From Tagaea sp. (GTDB lineage Bacteria; Pseudomonadota; Alphaproteobacteria; CACIAM-22H2): a DNA stretch of 64,000 nucleotides. The position numbers were made by a program, and so were the translations under genes. Below the pieces are notes generated by a model. It did no database searches and had not been told where the DNA came from. It saw nothing but the letters and a program-made list of their open reading frames with translations. The stretch is from assembly GCA_965279525.1 (NCBI GenBank), contig CBDIIB010000004.1, positions 512,001 to 576,000 of the forward strand, in the 5' to 3' direction. Below, piece by piece: positions 63,512 to 64,000 of this stretch. Each line of letters opens with the position of its first letter. Positions within the stretch are counted from its first letter, which is position 1.

Positions 63512-63603
63512 AGGAAAATCCGTAAGTATCTGTAAAAAAATGCGTATATTTCGTTTTAACAAATTTTTACCAAAGTGCTTGTTTTCGTTGCGATACTCGA
63601 ATT

Positions 63604-63619
63604 TGGCGCTTATATTGCG
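63604..63619 (+). promoter_or_regulatory. Sigma54 (-24/-12) promoter
   Basis: TGGCGC-TTATA-TTGCG, preceded by an AT-rich block with CtrA-like TTAA-CAAATTT-TTAC (63556-63570). Confidence 0.65.
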
Positions 63620-63678
63620 AAGTAACTACGGATCGGTCGAATACCGTCCGCGAAATGGCTGTCAGAAGGACTGTCGCA

Positions 63679-64000
63679 ATGGTGGCTCTGCCGCCGATCA
63701 CCGCAACGTCGACCCTGCCGGGCTTTGCTCGGCCGGTTCCCGTTTCGCAGCCCACCCCGGCGGCGCAGGCCGCACGCGGCGGCGCTGGCGCGTCGATTGG
63801 TGGCGGTGCGGCGTCCTCGGCCATCGCCAACCAGTCGCGGCAGACCCTCGTTGAAGCTTCAAAGAAGGCAGTTGCAGGCGACCCCGCGGCGGAAACCGAA
63901 GCCAAGCCGCGCGCCCAGCTTCCGTCCCCGCCTTTCTCGCAGAATGTCGGGCTTTACGTGAATTCGACGCGCGTGTTCGTCGATATCGTCCTTTCCGGCG
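63679..64000 (+). CDS. Hypothetical protein (5' part only; runs off the window edge)
   Basis: AAGGA RBS, ATG at 63679; MVALPPITATSTLPG...GLYVNSTRVFVDIVLSG stays open to the window end. Confidence 0.65.
   Translation, partial: MVALPPITATSTLPGFARPVPVSQPTPAAQAARGGAGASIGGGAASSAIANQSRQTLVEASKKAVAGDPAAETEAKPRAQLPSPPFSQNVGLYVNSTRVFVDIVLSG

Overview
High-GC alphaproteobacterial chromosome segment, most likely Rhodospirillales-like judging by popZ-tolC-pcm-valS synteny, aapJQMP and GAAC-N7-GAAC LexA boxes. It appears to contain the replication terminus: a 28-bp dif-like site at 28318-28345 with KOPS octamers converging on it. Most genes are core functions: ruvX, gatCAB, dcd, mazG, tatD, metG, valS, popZ, tolC, pcm, glpD, imuA-imuB-dnaE2, two ompA-like genes, nadX, nudF-cysK-sseA, aapJQMP, metC, hisI and three tRNAs. 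I saw no prophage, integrase, IS or CRISPR array. The best novel candidate is a 47-codon gene (43236-43379, minus strand) that is divergent from the LexA-boxed imuABC cassette. Its product is essentially a stand-alone copy of the PopZ N-terminal client-binding helix, and it lies 6 kb from a popZ with extreme polyproline tracts. Other candidates are an sRNA with its own promoter and terminator (~21176-21300, minus), a GST with a histone-H1-like tail directly after gatB, a tandem pair of uncharacterised helical paralogs, and several Pho, sigma54, CtrA and IHF-like sites. All calls come from reading the sequence by eye; no database searches were run.
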